DNA of 64,000 nucleotides from Syntrophorhabdaceae bacterium (GCA_963665295.1 OY762209.1:5065536-5129535); one strand, 5' to 3'; shown: positions 46,511 to 55,485, counted from the first letter of the stretch. Numbers and translations are program-made. Notes: a model not told the origin generated them from the letters alone.

Positions 46511-46730
46511 GCGCTTTACTTTTCCGGCGTCAATCGTTTGATAAATTCAATAGCGCCGGGTGGTGTAGGCGGGTGCATGGGGTGGAAGCTCAAGATGTGT
46601 CCGGCTGTGAGGCCTTGTAGGCCGTCGGCGTACTTGCCGTACGCCAGAGGACCAAGGCGTCGCAGAGGGGCGCATATTGAGTTTTCACCCCATGCACCCG
46701 CCTATCCACAAATAACTTAACCAACTTGCT
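46511..46730 (+). repeat. structured ~210-bp repeat, copy A (left of the histidine kinase gene)
   Basis: ~90% identical to 50201-50420. It contains a long imperfect hairpin (46566-46704) with arms TAGGCGGGTGCATGGGGTGGAAGCTCAA / TTGAGTTTTCACCCCATGCACCCGCCTA and an inner hairpin CGGCGTAC-TTGCC-GTACGCC. Confidence 0.85.
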
Positions 46731-46734
46731 CAAT

Positions 46735-46754
46735 CAAACAAACAAACAAACAAA
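46735..46754. repeat. (CAAA)5 tetranucleotide microsatellite
   Basis: CAAACAAACAAACAAACAAA lies immediately after repeat copy A. It is absent at the equivalent position of copy B. Confidence 0.9.
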
Positions 46755-46910
46755 CATCAGTACCCACTAAACTCCGACGGCCTCCGGCGCCATGACCCGA
46801 AACCGCCACTTACCCCAAGGGGCATTCTGGAAGACCGCAAAGAGGTGTCCTGGTTGAACAGGCTGCCCGACGATTCCTTGGATTATGGTCTATCTTTCCG
46901 CGCCAAGCGG

Positions 46911-46919
46911 TGCTATACT
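46911..46919 (+). promoter_or_regulatory. extended -10 element (TGCTATACT) upstream of the histidine kinase gene
   Basis: TGnTATACT lies 24 nt upstream of ATG 46943. It is the same 9-mer type as the one upstream of uvrA. Confidence 0.3.
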
Positions 46920-46942
46920 CCGAAATAATAAGGCGGAATTAA

Positions 46943-49900
46943 ATGGTTAACCGACGTTCCAAGACAAAACGCGAACCTCTTCGCCCGCGCCGGCAAAATG
47001 TTCCGAACCAAGGCCGGAGCTTTCTACCCGGCGACGGGGAGATGAGAGCGCTGATTAACTCGAAGGACTGGTCGGCCACGCCGATAGGGCCGAGACAAGA
47101 CTGGCCCGAAAGCTTGCATGCCGTCACCAATCTGGTCCTGGCCTGTAGTTTCCCTATGGCCATACTCTGGGGAGCCGACCTCATTCTCATCTATAATGAC
47201 GCCTACCGGATTATCGCCGCGGATAAGCATCCGGATGCATTGGGGCGGTCCACCAAAGATGTGTGGCCGGAAGTCTGGGAATTCAACAAACCGGTCTTCG
47301 AAAGGGTAATGATGCAAGGGGAAACCGTTCATTTCGAGGATCAGCTTTTCAGCATCTTCCGGAACAGCCGCATGGAAGATGCCTATTTCACCCTTTCCTA
47401 CAGCCCCATACGTTCCGAAGACGGCCACGTCGCGGCCACACTGGTGGTACTCGTTGAAACCACCCAACGGATACGTGCCGAAAATGAGCTTAAGACCTCC
47501 CACAGAGATCTGGAGAAGCGGATCAAAGAGCGGACCGCCGAATTGCAGGCCGAGATCACCGAACGCAGGCGGATGGAGAGGGAAACCCGGAAACTTTTAG
47601 CCGCTGTTCAAGAGGAAAAGGACAGGTTATCGGCTTTGGTAAGCAGCATCGAAGACGAGGTCTGGTTTGCGGACATGGACCATAACTTCACTCTCGCGAA
47701 CCCGTCGGCCCTTCGGGAATTCGGCTTCGGAGTCGTCGATGGTATTGATGTAACGAAACTGGCAGCCGATCTGCAGGTTTGTCGCCCTGACGGCAGCCCC
47801 CGTCCCGCTGAAGAGAACCCTGCGTTGCGTGCCCTCAAGGGAGAGGTAGTCAGTAATCACGAAGAGATCGTCTGGAGTCCGGCAAGAGGCGAGTTACGCT
47901 ACCGCGAAGCCAGCTCGGCGCCGGTGAGAGATGCAGGGGGCAGTATCGTCGGCTCGGTGTCGGTCGTTCGTGACATCACCGACCGAAAGCGGATGGAGGA
48001 AGCGCTTCGCGACAGTGAGCGCCTTTACCATGCCATAGGCGAGTCCATAGACTACGGCGTCTGGGTTTGTGCACCCGATGGCCGTAACATCTACGCAAGT
48101 GAGTCCTTTCTTAAAATGGTGGGCATGACTCAGGAACAGTGCTCCAACTTCGGCTGGGGCGACGTGCTCCATCCCGATGATGCAGAGCGGACCTTAGAGG
48201 CATGGAGGGAATGCGTAAGAACGGGAGGCACCTGGGACATCGAGCATCGTTTCCGTGGCGTGGACGGCAGATGGCACCCGGTCCTGGCTCGGGGGCTCCC
48301 GGTGAAAAATGAGCATGGCGATATCATTTATTGGGCAGGCATAAATCTCGACATCAGCCGCATCAAGGATGCCGAACAAAAGCTGATGGTGAGTGAAGCC
48401 ACCATGGAGGCTTTCTTTGACGCTTCACCCGGTATTCTCAATATTGAGGATGAAGCGTTCACGTACATAAAGACGGACCGCGTGACCCCGACATACTTCG
48501 GACTCGATCGCCGGAGTATAATCGGAAAGTCGGTAAAGGACCTGGCGCCTGAATTCTTCGAGGAAAATGGCGCGATGATGACTCGCGTGATCGAATCAGG
48601 CCGGGCCGAGGTGAATGTCGAGGTGAAAAGCCCGGTATCGAGCAGGCCGGGAGAGATAGCTTATTGGCAGGCGTCCTATTTCCCGGTTCCTTTTCCCAAC
48701 GGAAAACGGGGTATAGGGATAGTCGGTGTCGAAATAACTGAGATCAAAAAGGCCAGGGAGGCCCTCAAGCGCGCCCACGACGAACTGGAAGTCCGGGTAA
48801 AGGATCGCACTCTTCAATTGAGTCAAGCCTACGAAACCCTCCAACATGAAGTGAAGGAACGCAAGAAAACCGAAGACCAACTCCGTCAGTCCCAAAAGAT
48901 GGAAGCCATTGGCACCCTCGCGGGAGGCATCGCACATGACTTCAACAACATCCTCGCGGCAATCCTCGGCTTCACGGAAATGGCCATCGATGATGTTCAG
49001 GACCGGCCGCTGGTGGAACAAAATCTTCATAATGTCCTCAAGTCTGCAATGAGGGCGAGAGACCTGGTGAAGCAGATCCTTGCTTTCAGCAGGAAAACCA
49101 ATTACGAGAAAAAGCCTTTAGCTCTCACCCCGCTCATCGAAGAGACCATCCAACTCCTGAGAGCCTCCATCCCGACAACAGTGAAGATCAGGTCTTCTTG
49201 CACCGCCGGCACCGATACAATTCTCGCGTCCCCCGTGGAAGTGCAACAGGTTCTCATGAACCTCGCGACCAATGCCTCTCTCGCCATGCAGGAGGGCGGC
49301 GGGACCCTGGATATCAGTCTTAGCGATATAGATTTCACATCGGGCTTGTCGGTATCGGGCGTGGATGTAGCGGCGGGAGAGTACCTGCAGCTGATGGTCA
49401 AGGACACCGGCGTCGGTATGAGTCCCGAGGTGATGAAGCGTGTCTTTGAGCCCTTCTTTACCACGCGGGAGGTGGGGAAAGGCACCGGCATGGGCCTTGC
49501 GGTAGTATATGGGATCGTGAAGGATTTGCAGGGCACGGTCTCCGTTGAAAGTAGACCCGGCATGGGATCCACTTTCCGGGTGATTCTCCCCAAGACAAAG
49601 GACGGGCTTAAAGAAGAGCGGCGACAGGCTGCTCAAACCCTTGGCGGCAACGAGACGGTCCTCTTTATCGATGACGAACCCATGCTCGTGGAATGGGGCC
49701 GGACCGTCCTTGAACGGCTTGGCTACAGAGTGATTGCCGTAACCGATAGCGCTGAGGCATTAAGAACCTTCTCTTGCGATCCCTCCCCATTCGATCTTGT
49801 CGTTACCGATCACACCATGTCGGGATTGACGGGACTCCAACTCGCCGAAGAGCTGCTCATGATACGACCCGATATCCCGATTATCCTCTGTACCGGCCAT

Positions 49901-50032
49901 AGCGAGACGGTCTCCCCTGACATAGCAAAAGAGGTCGGCATAGAAGAATACCTCATGAAGCCTCTTTCCAAGCAGCAACTGGCTACCGCGGTTCGCCGTG
50001 TACTGGATACATGCATGGAGAAGAAATGGTAG
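46943..50032 (+). CDS. hybrid sensor histidine kinase/response regulator with multiple PAS domains
   Basis: N-terminal W.ATPIGP...WP.SL PAS-type segment, followed by three further PAS/PAC-like segments and coiled-coil linkers. HisKA H-box GGIAHDFNNILAAILGF. HATPase N/G boxes (NLATNA, DTGVGM, GKGTGMGLAVV). C-terminal receiver (VLFIDDEP...VVTDHTMSGLTG...KP). Confidence 0.9.
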   Translation: MVNRRSKTKREPLRPRRQNVPNQGRSFLPGDGEMRALINSKDWSATPIGPRQDWPESLHAVTNLVLACSFPMAILWGADLILIYNDAYRIIAADKHPDALGRSTKDVWPEVWEFNKPVFERVMMQGETVHFEDQLFSIFRNSRMEDAYFTLSYSPIRSEDGHVAATLVVLVETTQRIRAENELKTSHRDLEKRIKERTAELQAEITERRRMERETRKLLAAVQEEKDRLSALVSSIEDEVWFADMDHNFTLANPSALREFGFGVVDGIDVTKLAADLQVCRPDGSPRPAEENPALRALKGEVVSNHEEIVWSPARGELRYREASSAPVRDAGGSIVGSVSVVRDITDRKRMEEALRDSERLYHAIGESIDYGVWVCAPDGRNIYASESFLKMVGMTQEQCSNFGWGDVLHPDDAERTLEAWRECVRTGGTWDIEHRFRGVDGRWHPVLARGLPVKNEHGDIIYWAGINLDISRIKDAEQKLMVSEATMEAFFDASPGILNIEDEAFTYIKTDRVTPTYFGLDRRSIIGKSVKDLAPEFFEENGAMMTRVIESGRAEVNVEVKSPVSSRPGEIAYWQASYFPVPFPNGKRGIGIVGVEITEIKKAREALKRAHDELEVRVKDRTLQLSQAYETLQHEVKERKKTEDQLRQSQKMEAIGTLAGGIAHDFNNILAAILGFTEMAIDDVQDRPLVEQNLHNVLKSAMRARDLVKQILAFSRKTNYEKKPLALTPLIEETIQLLRASIPTTVKIRSSCTAGTDTILASPVEVQQVLMNLATNASLAMQEGGGTLDISLSDIDFTSGLSVSGVDVAAGEYLQLMVKDTGVGMSPEVMKRVFEPFFTTREVGKGTGMGLAVVYGIVKDLQGTVSVESRPGMGSTFRVILPKTKDGLKEERRQAAQTLGGNETVLFIDDEPMLVEWGRTVLERLGYRVIAVTDSAEALRTFSCDPSPFDLVVTDHTMSGLTGLQLAEELLMIRPDIPIILCTGHSETVSPDIAKEVGIEEYLMKPLSKQQLATAVRRVLDTCMEKKW

Positions 50033-50200
50033 GCAGACCGATTCCGTTCGTTACCGTACCCACCATGATCAACTGAAGCCTTTCTACGCGTATTCCACAG
50101 TCGCAGAGGCGGTAACCGCCCGGCCTTCGGCGATGGGATGCCGCCGGGATATCCGCAAAGGTCTCCCCTGTCATTGCGGCCACACATGCCCTGATTCAAA

Positions 50201-50420
50201 CTGCTCTTTATTTTCCGGCGTCAATTCTTTAATAAATTCAACAGCGCCGGGTGGTGTAGGCAGGTGCATGGGGCGGAAGCTTCAGACATGTCCGGCTGTG
50301 ACGCCTTGTAGGCCGTCGGCGTACTTGCCGTACGCCAGAGGACCAAGGCTTCGCAGAGGGGCGTGTATGGAGTTTTCGCCCCATGCACCCGCCTATCCAC
50401 AAAATAACTTACCCAACCGG
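50201..50420 (+). repeat. structured ~210-bp repeat, copy B (right of the histidine kinase gene)
   Basis: Direct repeat of 46511-46730. It forms the same hairpin, with compensatory changes relative to copy A (see findings). Confidence 0.85.
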
Positions 50421-50559
50421 TCAAACCAGCACACATCATGAAACCATCGATGGGATTCCGACATAGTCCGATCCCTCCTTCGCGTTGATTTGCCTTCAAT
50501 TGATTTCATGATTTCATTGCCCCCGTCGATGCCTGCGCCTTGGCCGGGGGCGGCGCGTC

Positions 50560-52257
50560 TCACCCGTCCAGGGGCACAAACTCTTTTATATTGAGGTGGA
50601 TAAACCTTTCCCCCATATCCTCCTTGACCATAGGGGACGCCACGATACTCATCTTCGCAGCCTCAAGAAGGGGCGCCTGTCCGTAAAAGGTGCCGTACCA
50701 CGTGCGGTTCTCTTCGTCGGTGATCTTAGCAAACCTGTTCGTCAACCTCACATGGGACGGGGTAAAAAGCAGGTTCGGCCTCGGGTTGCCCATGCCGAAG
50801 GGCGAGGCCCGGTCTATGAATTCCACCAGGGCGGGGTTCAGTTCCTCAAAGGCGGCCCGGGTGTCCACCCTGGTCTTCCGCTCCCGGTCCCTGATCGCTC
50901 CCTGCACGGCATCATCGAAAGCGTCCCTGAAGGGGACGAGGTTCTCCGCGCTGAGGGAGATCCCGCACGCAAACTTGTGGCCCCCGAACTTCAGCACGAG
51001 ATGGGCCACGGATTCGATGGTCTCGTGGAGGTCTATGCCGTCCCCTCCCCTGCCGGAGCCTTTCCATACCCCATCCACCTCGGTGATGACGATGGAGGGT
51101 TTCTTGTACATCTCCGTCAGCTTCTGGGCGACAATGCCGATAACGCCCACGTGCCAGCCCTCCTTGAAGAGAACGATGGAATTCCTGCCGGTCATCGCCT
51201 CCGCACTGATCGCCTCCACGGCCTCCTTCACTGTTTCCTGTTCGATCCTCTGCCTCCGCCTGTTTACATCGTTCAGCTCCGTGAGCATGCTCCTCGACGC
51301 GGACTCGTCCTCGGAGATAAGGAAGTTGAGGGCCGTGGTGGGGCTCGACACCCTTCCCGAGGCGTTGATGCGGGGGATGATGATAAACCCGAGGGTAAAT
51401 TCATCAATGGCGTTCCTGGGGACTATGCCGCTCCTGAAGAACGACTTCAGCCATGTCCGGGGTCGTTTCCTCATGACCTCCATGCCGAATTTCACGATCA
51501 CCCGGTTATCTCCTGTGAGGGGCACCATGTCGGCCACGGTCCCCAGGGTCACGAGGTCAAGTTCCCTCTTGAGGTTGATGGTCGTTTTCAAAAGGCCCTT
51601 TCCCGCCATTATCCTCCTCAGTCCCAGGAGGAAGAAGAAGGTAACCCCACATGCCGCGAGTTCCCTCGTGGGAAACCGGGCGTCCCTTCGCTTCGGGTTT
51701 ATGACCGCAAGGGCAGGGGGCAGTTCTTCTCCGGGTTCGTGGTGGTCGATCACGATGGTTTCCATGCCGAGCTCGTCAGCGGCCCTGATCTCAGCCACGT
51801 TGGTCGACCCGCAGTCAAGGCATATGAGGAGCTTCACCCCCATTTCCTTCATCTTTCGGACCGCGCCCACGTTGAGGCCATACCCTTCCCGCCTTTCAGG
51901 CAGGTACGTAACGGGCTCTGCCCCGAGGTGCCGGAGAAAATTGATCATGAGCGCAACGGAGGTGATCCCGTCGGCGTCGTAGTCACCATAAAGGCCGATC
52001 TTCTCTTTTGCGGTCACCGCCTTTATGACCCTTGACACGGCAATCTCCGCATCAGGGAGAAGAAAGGGGTCCGAAAGGTCTTCGATCCTGGGATGGAGAA
52101 AGGTTTCCGCAAGGACGGGGTCCGTAAAACCTCTGGAAACAAGGATTCTCGCGCACAGATGGCTCAAATCAAGGTCCCTCTGGAGCGCTCCTATTATGGC
52201 ATCAGTTTCATCCATTATAGATGTGCCGGCCTCTTCTTTCTTTGAATGGGCGCCCAC
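50560..52257 (-). CDS. recJ: single-stranded-DNA-specific exonuclease RecJ
   Basis: DHH-family motifs (YGDYDADGITS, DCGS, VIDHH) and the DHHA1 region GGHKFACG. The start could alternatively be ATG 52215. Confidence 0.92.
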   Translation of the reverse strand: MGAHSKKEEAGTSIMDETDAIIGALQRDLDLSHLCARILVSRGFTDPVLAETFLHPRIEDLSDPFLLPDAEIAVSRVIKAVTAKEKIGLYGDYDADGITSVALMINFLRHLGAEPVTYLPERREGYGLNVGAVRKMKEMGVKLLICLDCGSTNVAEIRAADELGMETIVIDHHEPGEELPPALAVINPKRRDARFPTRELAACGVTFFFLLGLRRIMAGKGLLKTTINLKRELDLVTLGTVADMVPLTGDNRVIVKFGMEVMRKRPRTWLKSFFRSGIVPRNAIDEFTLGFIIIPRINASGRVSSPTTALNFLISEDESASRSMLTELNDVNRRRQRIEQETVKEAVEAISAEAMTGRNSIVLFKEGWHVGVIGIVAQKLTEMYKKPSIVITEVDGVWKGSGRGGDGIDLHETIESVAHLVLKFGGHKFACGISLSAENLVPFRDAFDDAVQGAIRDRERKTRVDTRAAFEELNPALVEFIDRASPFGMGNPRPNLLFTPSHVRLTNRFAKITDEENRTWYGTFYGQAPLLEAAKMSIVASPMVKEDMGERFIHLNIKEFVPLDG

Positions 52258-52272
52258 CGGTCGGCGGACCAG

Positions 52273-53190
52273 CTACCGGGCGTTCTCTTCATGATGGGTG
52301 CATCCGATAATCCCATCCAGGTCCGGGTAGTTCTCCCGGGTGAGATAGCTGTCTATTCCTTCTATGATCTTGGGTATTGTGTAGGGGTCCACGAAGGTGG
52401 CAGTCCCGACCTGGACCGCTTTTGCCCCTGCCATGAGGAAACAAAGGGCGTCCGCGCAATCCATTATCCCTCCTGAACCTATGATGGGCAAAGGGACCGC
52501 CTTCGAGACTTCGAATACCGCTTTCAGGGCAATGGGGCGAAGCACGGGGCCCGAAAGCCCTCCCCGGAGCGGCACGCTTCTTCGCGCAGTGTCGACTACC
52601 GCCGCAGGAAAGGTATTGAGGAGGGTAAACCCGTCAACGCCTGCTTCGTATGCCGCTTGGGCGATCTCCACTATATTCTTGACCTCGGGGGTGAGTTTGG
52701 CGATCACGGGGATCGGGGTAACCGACTTCACCCGCTTTATGATCCCTCCCACCATATCGGGGTCTTTCCCGAAGCTGATGCCTCCCCGCTTCACGTTGGG
52801 ACATGAGAGGTTCATCTCGAGAGCCACGATCAGGGCGTCGGGTTTTATGCTCTCCGCACACGCCACATATTCGTCCTCCTCGAACCCGAAAAAGTTGACG
52901 ATTATAGGAGTCTGCCGTTCCCGGAACAAGGGGAAATAGTCGCGGAAGAATCGTTCGACACCCACATTCTGAAGGCCGATGCTGTTTATAATCCCGTAAC
53001 GCTCTTCCCACACTCTGGGAAGGGGGTTTCCGTGATGGGGTTTCAAGGAGAGCCCTTTGGTCACATAAGCGCCGAGGGTCTGAACCGGCCAGAGAGGTTC
53101 GATCTCTCTCCCGTACCCCAGCGTGCCCGAGGCATTCATGACCGGGTTCTTAAGGATCTTTCCGAAAAGTTCTAGAGACGTATCTGCCAT
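52273..53190 (-). CDS. pyrD: dihydroorotate dehydrogenase (class 1B) catalytic subunit
   Basis: NPVMNASGTLGYG, NLSCPNV and GGI.. motifs. It is paired with pyrK upstream. Confidence 0.93.
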   Translation of the reverse strand: MADTSLELFGKILKNPVMNASGTLGYGREIEPLWPVQTLGAYVTKGLSLKPHHGNPLPRVWEERYGIINSIGLQNVGVERFFRDYFPLFRERQTPIIVNFFGFEEDEYVACAESIKPDALIVALEMNLSCPNVKRGGISFGKDPDMVGGIIKRVKSVTPIPVIAKLTPEVKNIVEIAQAAYEAGVDGFTLLNTFPAAVVDTARRSVPLRGGLSGPVLRPIALKAVFEVSKAVPLPIIGSGGIMDCADALCFLMAGAKAVQVGTATFVDPYTIPKIIEGIDSYLTRENYPDLDGIIGCTHHEENAR

Positions 53191-53930
53191 AAATCGAATA
53201 CCGGCCCTTCCTTACATACCCTTTTATAGGGTTCCGTTTCATCGTTCGTTTCGATCACGCAGCCGAAGCACAAGCCCAGGCCACATGCCATCCGTTCCTC
53301 CACAAGGGCCTGACACGGCTGCCTTTCCTTATCGAGGAGGCCCTTGAGGCTTTTGAGCATGTTCACGGGACCGCAGGCAAAAATCTCGATATTTTCGCCC
53401 TTCATCTCCGCAAGGCTTCTGCCGAGAAGGGAGACCACGTCGCCTTTGAAACCCTCCGACCCATCCATGGTGGCCACCGCGGGATTGAGGTGTCGGAGGT
53501 CTTCGATGATGGCTGTTTCCTCCTTGCGCGAGCAACCGAAAAGAAGGGTTGTCTTTCCCTTCAAGGTCCCGATAAGGGTGCGGACCCCCGCAATACCGAT
53601 GCCGCCTGCCACCACGAGATAGCGGTCTCTCTTTCCTACATGGAAACCCTTACCCAGGGGGCCGAGGACGAAGACGGTTTCATTCTTCACCGCCTTGCTC
53701 AGACGTTCCGTCCCTTTACCCACAACCCTGTACATGAGGGTAAGGACCTGCCTCGCATAGCGATAGATACCGAAAGGCCGCCTCAGAAACACCTCGCTGC
53801 CCGGTATGCGGAGCATCACGAACTGGCCCGGGCTGCCTGGGTCCATGGGCTTTGAAAGCCTTATAGTGAGCATGTGATAGCCCGGAATGAGCATCCTGTT
53901 CGAGGTAATTCTTCCTTCTATATCATCCAC
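53172..53930 (-). CDS. pyrK: dihydroorotate dehydrogenase electron-transfer subunit
   Basis: FAD/NAD-binding RPFGIY and GGIGIA motifs, and the C-terminal 2Fe-2S Cys cluster MACGLGLCFGC. It overlaps pyrD by 19 nt. Confidence 0.9.
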   Translation of the reverse strand: MDDIEGRITSNRMLIPGYHMLTIRLSKPMDPGSPGQFVMLRIPGSEVFLRRPFGIYRYARQVLTLMYRVVGKGTERLSKAVKNETVFVLGPLGKGFHVGKRDRYLVVAGGIGIAGVRTLIGTLKGKTTLLFGCSRKEETAIIEDLRHLNPAVATMDGSEGFKGDVVSLLGRSLAEMKGENIEIFACGPVNMLKSLKGLLDKERQPCQALVEERMACGLGLCFGCVIETNDETEPYKRVCKEGPVFDLWQIRL

Positions 53931-53932
53931 AA

Positions 53933-54982
53933 TTACTCATCCCTTACGGCAAGGAGCATGACAAGGGCATCCTCGTTCGTATCCGTATAATACTTCTTGC
54001 GCTTGCCTATCGCCTTGAAACCGAATTTGTCATAGAGGCGGAGCGCCTCCTTGTTGCCTTCTCTCACTTCAAGGTAGAACTGGGTGATCCCCTTTTCCTT
54101 CAGCCCCTCTATCACGCCGGCCATCAATGCCGACGCGTACCCCATGTTCCTCTTTCCGGGATGAACCGCGATATTGAGAATATGGGCCTCGTCCTCTACC
54201 GTGTAGAAGCAAAGGTAACCTGTGACTTCCGTCTCCGTGGTGATGACGAAATTTTCGGCAATGGGAGAGAAAAGGGCCTCTTCAAAAAGCCTCTTCGTCC
54301 AGGGAGAGGTAAAGGACCCCTTCTCTATGACGAGAACCTGGGGGAGGTCATTTTCCGTCATGGTCCTGATCTCGACGTCGCGGCCTTTATCGAATCTTGT
54401 GGCGGCCAAAAGGTCCTCCTCCGTATTGACATTGGTGAATACCGCCCGTCCCCTTTGCAGGAAGACGGGGTGCTCTCCCAGTTCCTTCACGACGAGATAG
54501 GGGAACACGTCGGTAATCTTGAATTTTCCCTTCGTGATGGCGGTGATAAACTCTGAAAGGCACGACCTGTTGTATATGGCATGAAGGGCCTCGTATCCGT
54601 AGCGGGTACGGGGAATTATCACATCCTCTCCGCGCGCCCGGGCCATCATGTATCTCAAGGCCTTCTCGCTCAGGTTGGGCATATCGCAGGCGACGACAAA
54701 CACGTATCGCGAGGACACATGCATCAGGGCCGACGCGATGCCCACCATGGACCCCCGCATGGGCATGACATCGGGCAGTACGGGCGCATCTATCCCCGCA
54801 AACTCGCGGTGATAGCTCGACACGATGATGATGTCTTCGAACACGCCCCGGACCGTCTCGTATACGCGGTTGATCATCGGGCGGTCCCCCAGCATGAGGG
54901 TGGCCTTGTCTCTCCCCATCCTCCTGTTCCGGCCTCCGGCGATTATGGCGCAGGAAATATCCATTCCTTCAGTTTTTACCAT
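53933..54982 (-). CDS. fusion of a MobA-like molybdenum cofactor guanylyltransferase and a RimI-like GNAT N-acetyltransferase
   Basis: The N-terminal half has CAIIAGGRNRRMGRDKA...VVACDMP (MobA/NTP_transf_3). The C-terminal half has IRTMTENDLPQVLVIEKGSFTSPW...ILNIAVHPGKRNMGYASALM (RimI). There is one continuous frame with no intervening stop. The start is uncertain (ATG 54994, 54982 or 54964). Confidence 0.75.
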   Translation of the reverse strand: MVKTEGMDISCAIIAGGRNRRMGRDKATLMLGDRPMINRVYETVRGVFEDIIIVSSYHREFAGIDAPVLPDVMPMRGSMVGIASALMHVSSRYVFVVACDMPNLSEKALRYMMARARGEDVIIPRTRYGYEALHAIYNRSCLSEFITAITKGKFKITDVFPYLVVKELGEHPVFLQRGRAVFTNVNTEEDLLAATRFDKGRDVEIRTMTENDLPQVLVIEKGSFTSPWTKRLFEEALFSPIAENFVITTETEVTGYLCFYTVEDEAHILNIAVHPGKRNMGYASALMAGVIEGLKEKGITQFYLEVREGNKEALRLYDKFGFKAIGKRKKYYTDTNEDALVMLLAVRDE

Positions 54983-55158
54983 CTTTTGCCCCATGAGTAA
55001 AGAAACATCTCGAAATATCCTGCTCTTCCGAGACATCGCCCAAAACCGGCAGATGCCGGTTCGTCCCGCCTTCCACGAAATACTATTGACCTTGTGCGGA
55101 CATAGTGCCAGAATAATAGAGGGGACATGGTCAAGACACAAATTGAAGAAGGCCGGGT

Positions 55159-55485
55159 ATGAAAAACGCATTTCTTGTGAGCCTGTCGGCGATGATATTC
55201 ATGTGCGCCTTCTCGGGGCTTTGCTTCGCCACCACCCATGACACCTTCCAGTGCCCCAACGGCGCCATCATTTCGGTAAACGACAAGCTGGTCACCGTGG
55301 CCATGAGATGCGATCCTCCCACCATATCAACGGTGAGAATGGTTACCGGAGGGTACTGGGATTATCCGAGGATGGTAGAGGTGGAAGAGTGGGTCTATAA
55401 CCGGGGACCCGGTTCTTTCGTATATTACCTTACCTTTGAAAACGGGGTGCTGAGGAGGATTGAGAGCGGCGCTTACGGCAACTGA
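55159..55485 (+). CDS. small secreted DUF2845-like protein
   Basis: Signal peptide MKNAFLVSLSAMIFMCAFSGLCFA. A conserved Cys pair (C.NG.IISVNDKLVTVAMRC) and the W.Y......F...L.F.NG.L..I ending fit DUF2845 as recalled. Confidence 0.65.
   Translation: MKNAFLVSLSAMIFMCAFSGLCFATTHDTFQCPNGAIISVNDKLVTVAMRCDPPTISTVRMVTGGYWDYPRMVEVEEWVYNRGPGSFVYYLTFENGVLRRIESGAYGN

Noticed and set aside
46078-46620. ORFs 46078-46317(+) and 46381-46620(+) in the long intergenic region.
   Set aside because: They have no SD, odd Cys/Arg-rich composition and no motifs. The second runs into the structured repeat, where the differences between copies A and B are non-synonymous but preserve the structure.
46800-46870. A possible c-di-GMP (GEMM-I) riboswitch upstream of the kinase, suggested by a CCGCAAAG string.
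   Set aside because: Only one short partial match is present. The paired GGCAAACC / ACGCAAAGC tetraloop-receptor architecture is absent.
46511-50420. The kinase-flanking repeats as a CRISPR array or a composite transposon.
   Set aside because: There are only two copies, each ~210 bp long and 3.5 kb apart. No cas genes, transposase, or clear target-site duplication is visible. I report them as an unexplained structured repeat instead.
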